From: Eledone cirrhosa
Lineage: Eukaryota
Reading direction: 5' to 3'
DNA length: 64,000 bases
Assembly (NCBI GenBank): GCA_964016885.1
Contig: OZ024741.1
Coordinates: 199,764,001-199,828,000, forward strand
Part shown: piece after piece, positions 62,800-64,000 of the stretch
Layout: every line of letters begins with the position of its first letter
Position numbering within the stretch: position 1 is the stretch's first letter
Program-made: the position numbers and the translations under genes
The notes under the pieces: generated by a model
What the model saw: only the letters and a program-made list of their open reading frames with translations
Database searches by the model: none
What the model was told of the DNA's origin: nothing

Positions 62800-64000
62800 A
62801 ACCATGTTAGGGCTGCGCACAGTAGTGGGGTGGCTGGTGTGGTCATGTGCAAGAACCCCCCGACCATCATCAAGCAATCGCACAACAACAACAGGAATAT
62901 GAAGGCGTCAAATCTCAGAGTTGCCACACTTAATGTTGGCACTCTAACAGGTAGTTCTGGTGAGATAGTGGAGATGCTAGAGAGAAAACATGTGGATGTG
63001 TGCTGCGTGCAAGAGGTGAGATGGAGAGGTGCCTCTGCAAGACTAATCTTAGTGATAAGCTTTTCTGGGTAGGTAATGATGATGGGTTAGGTGGGAGAGA
63101 CATTTTACTGGCTGAGAGATGGATCAATAAGACAATAGAGCTAGTTAGAGTCAGTAATAGAATAATTAAGATTAGATTAGTTGTAGGCAAGAGACTGCTC
63201 ACAATGATCTCTACCTATGTCCCCGGCAGGCCTGGGTAAAGAAGAGAAAGACTGCTTTTACGAGCAACTTTTAGAAACAGCCACAATGACAGAGGACAGA
63301 GACATCGTTATGCTAGCAGGAGACTTCAATGGTCATGTTGGACAGCTCCAGGATGGATACACTGGGGTACATGATGGGCACGGTTATGGCTCAAGAAACG
63401 AAGAAGGAGTGAGGCTTCTTGAATTTTGTGCTGCACTAACCATTTGCAACACCAACTTCCAGAAACCTGCCAACCACCTAATAACCTACAAATCAGGCGA
63501 GCACATAAACCAGATTGACTTCTTGCTAGTTAGGTAGCGAGACAGACAGATGGTATCAAATACTAAGGCATACCCCAGAGAAGAACGTACACTACAGCAT
63601 AGGTTAGTCGTTAGTGACATCTCAATAAGCAAGAGACAAAATGAGACATACAGGAAGGTGTGGAAAAGGAAGGTCTGGAAGCTAAAGGACCTTTCACTAT
63701 AATATAAATTTAGGAAAGATGTGTATGACGAGAAAGAAGACGATTTAGAATCATATGACATACATGATAACTGGAATTTCTTATGACAACTTACTGCAGG
63801 CTACTGAAGGAACTTGTGGCTGGAGCAGAGCTCTGACCAGACAGAGAGTGACCTGGTGGTGGACCAGCACGGTAGATAGGGCCATTAGAGACAAAATGTC
63901 CTGCGACGAGAAGATCAGAGACATGTGGTGTTCCGCATTGCAAGGCAGTGTGTTAGTGTAAATCAGGATATTGTTGGAGATAAATGTGACCGAAATGAAG
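62800..64000 (+). mobile_element. Older degraded RTE LINE 5' part in a CPQ intron (antisense)
   Basis: RVATLNVGTL, CCVQEVRW, GDFNGHVG, RVTWWW; frameshifts. Confidence 0.9.

Overview
AT-rich animal genomic DNA, very dense in microsatellites and transposons. The repeat content suggests a cephalopod such as Octopus, but that is inference. Two host genes lie on the minus strand, and the ORF track misses most of their exons: coding exons 1-3 of a cornichon homolog (CNIH4-like, 14242-7819, first intron U12-type) and the last two exons of carboxypeptidase Q (61583-56911). The rest is largely nested mobile DNA. It includes RTE LINEs (one intact, 1056 aa, with a PHD finger inside the RT domain), Gypsy LTR elements with a non-autonomous partner, and many Penelope-like elements (PLEs) plus their ORF-less palindromic remnants in (TA)n tracts, several with hammerhead motifs. 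CRE- and CR1-like fragments, Helitron fragments, SINEs and MITEs are also present. Best leads: (1) a Neptune/Naiad-like PLE whose RT-GIY-YIG ORF appears reachable only by a -1 frameshift at U_UUU_UUA; (2) a recurrent hairpin-plus-tail PLE insertion architecture; (3) the PHD-in-RT RTE; (4) a compound Gypsy LTR built from LTR-PBS-LTR-PBS units. All calls were made by eye with no database searches, and boundaries of degraded repeats are approximate.
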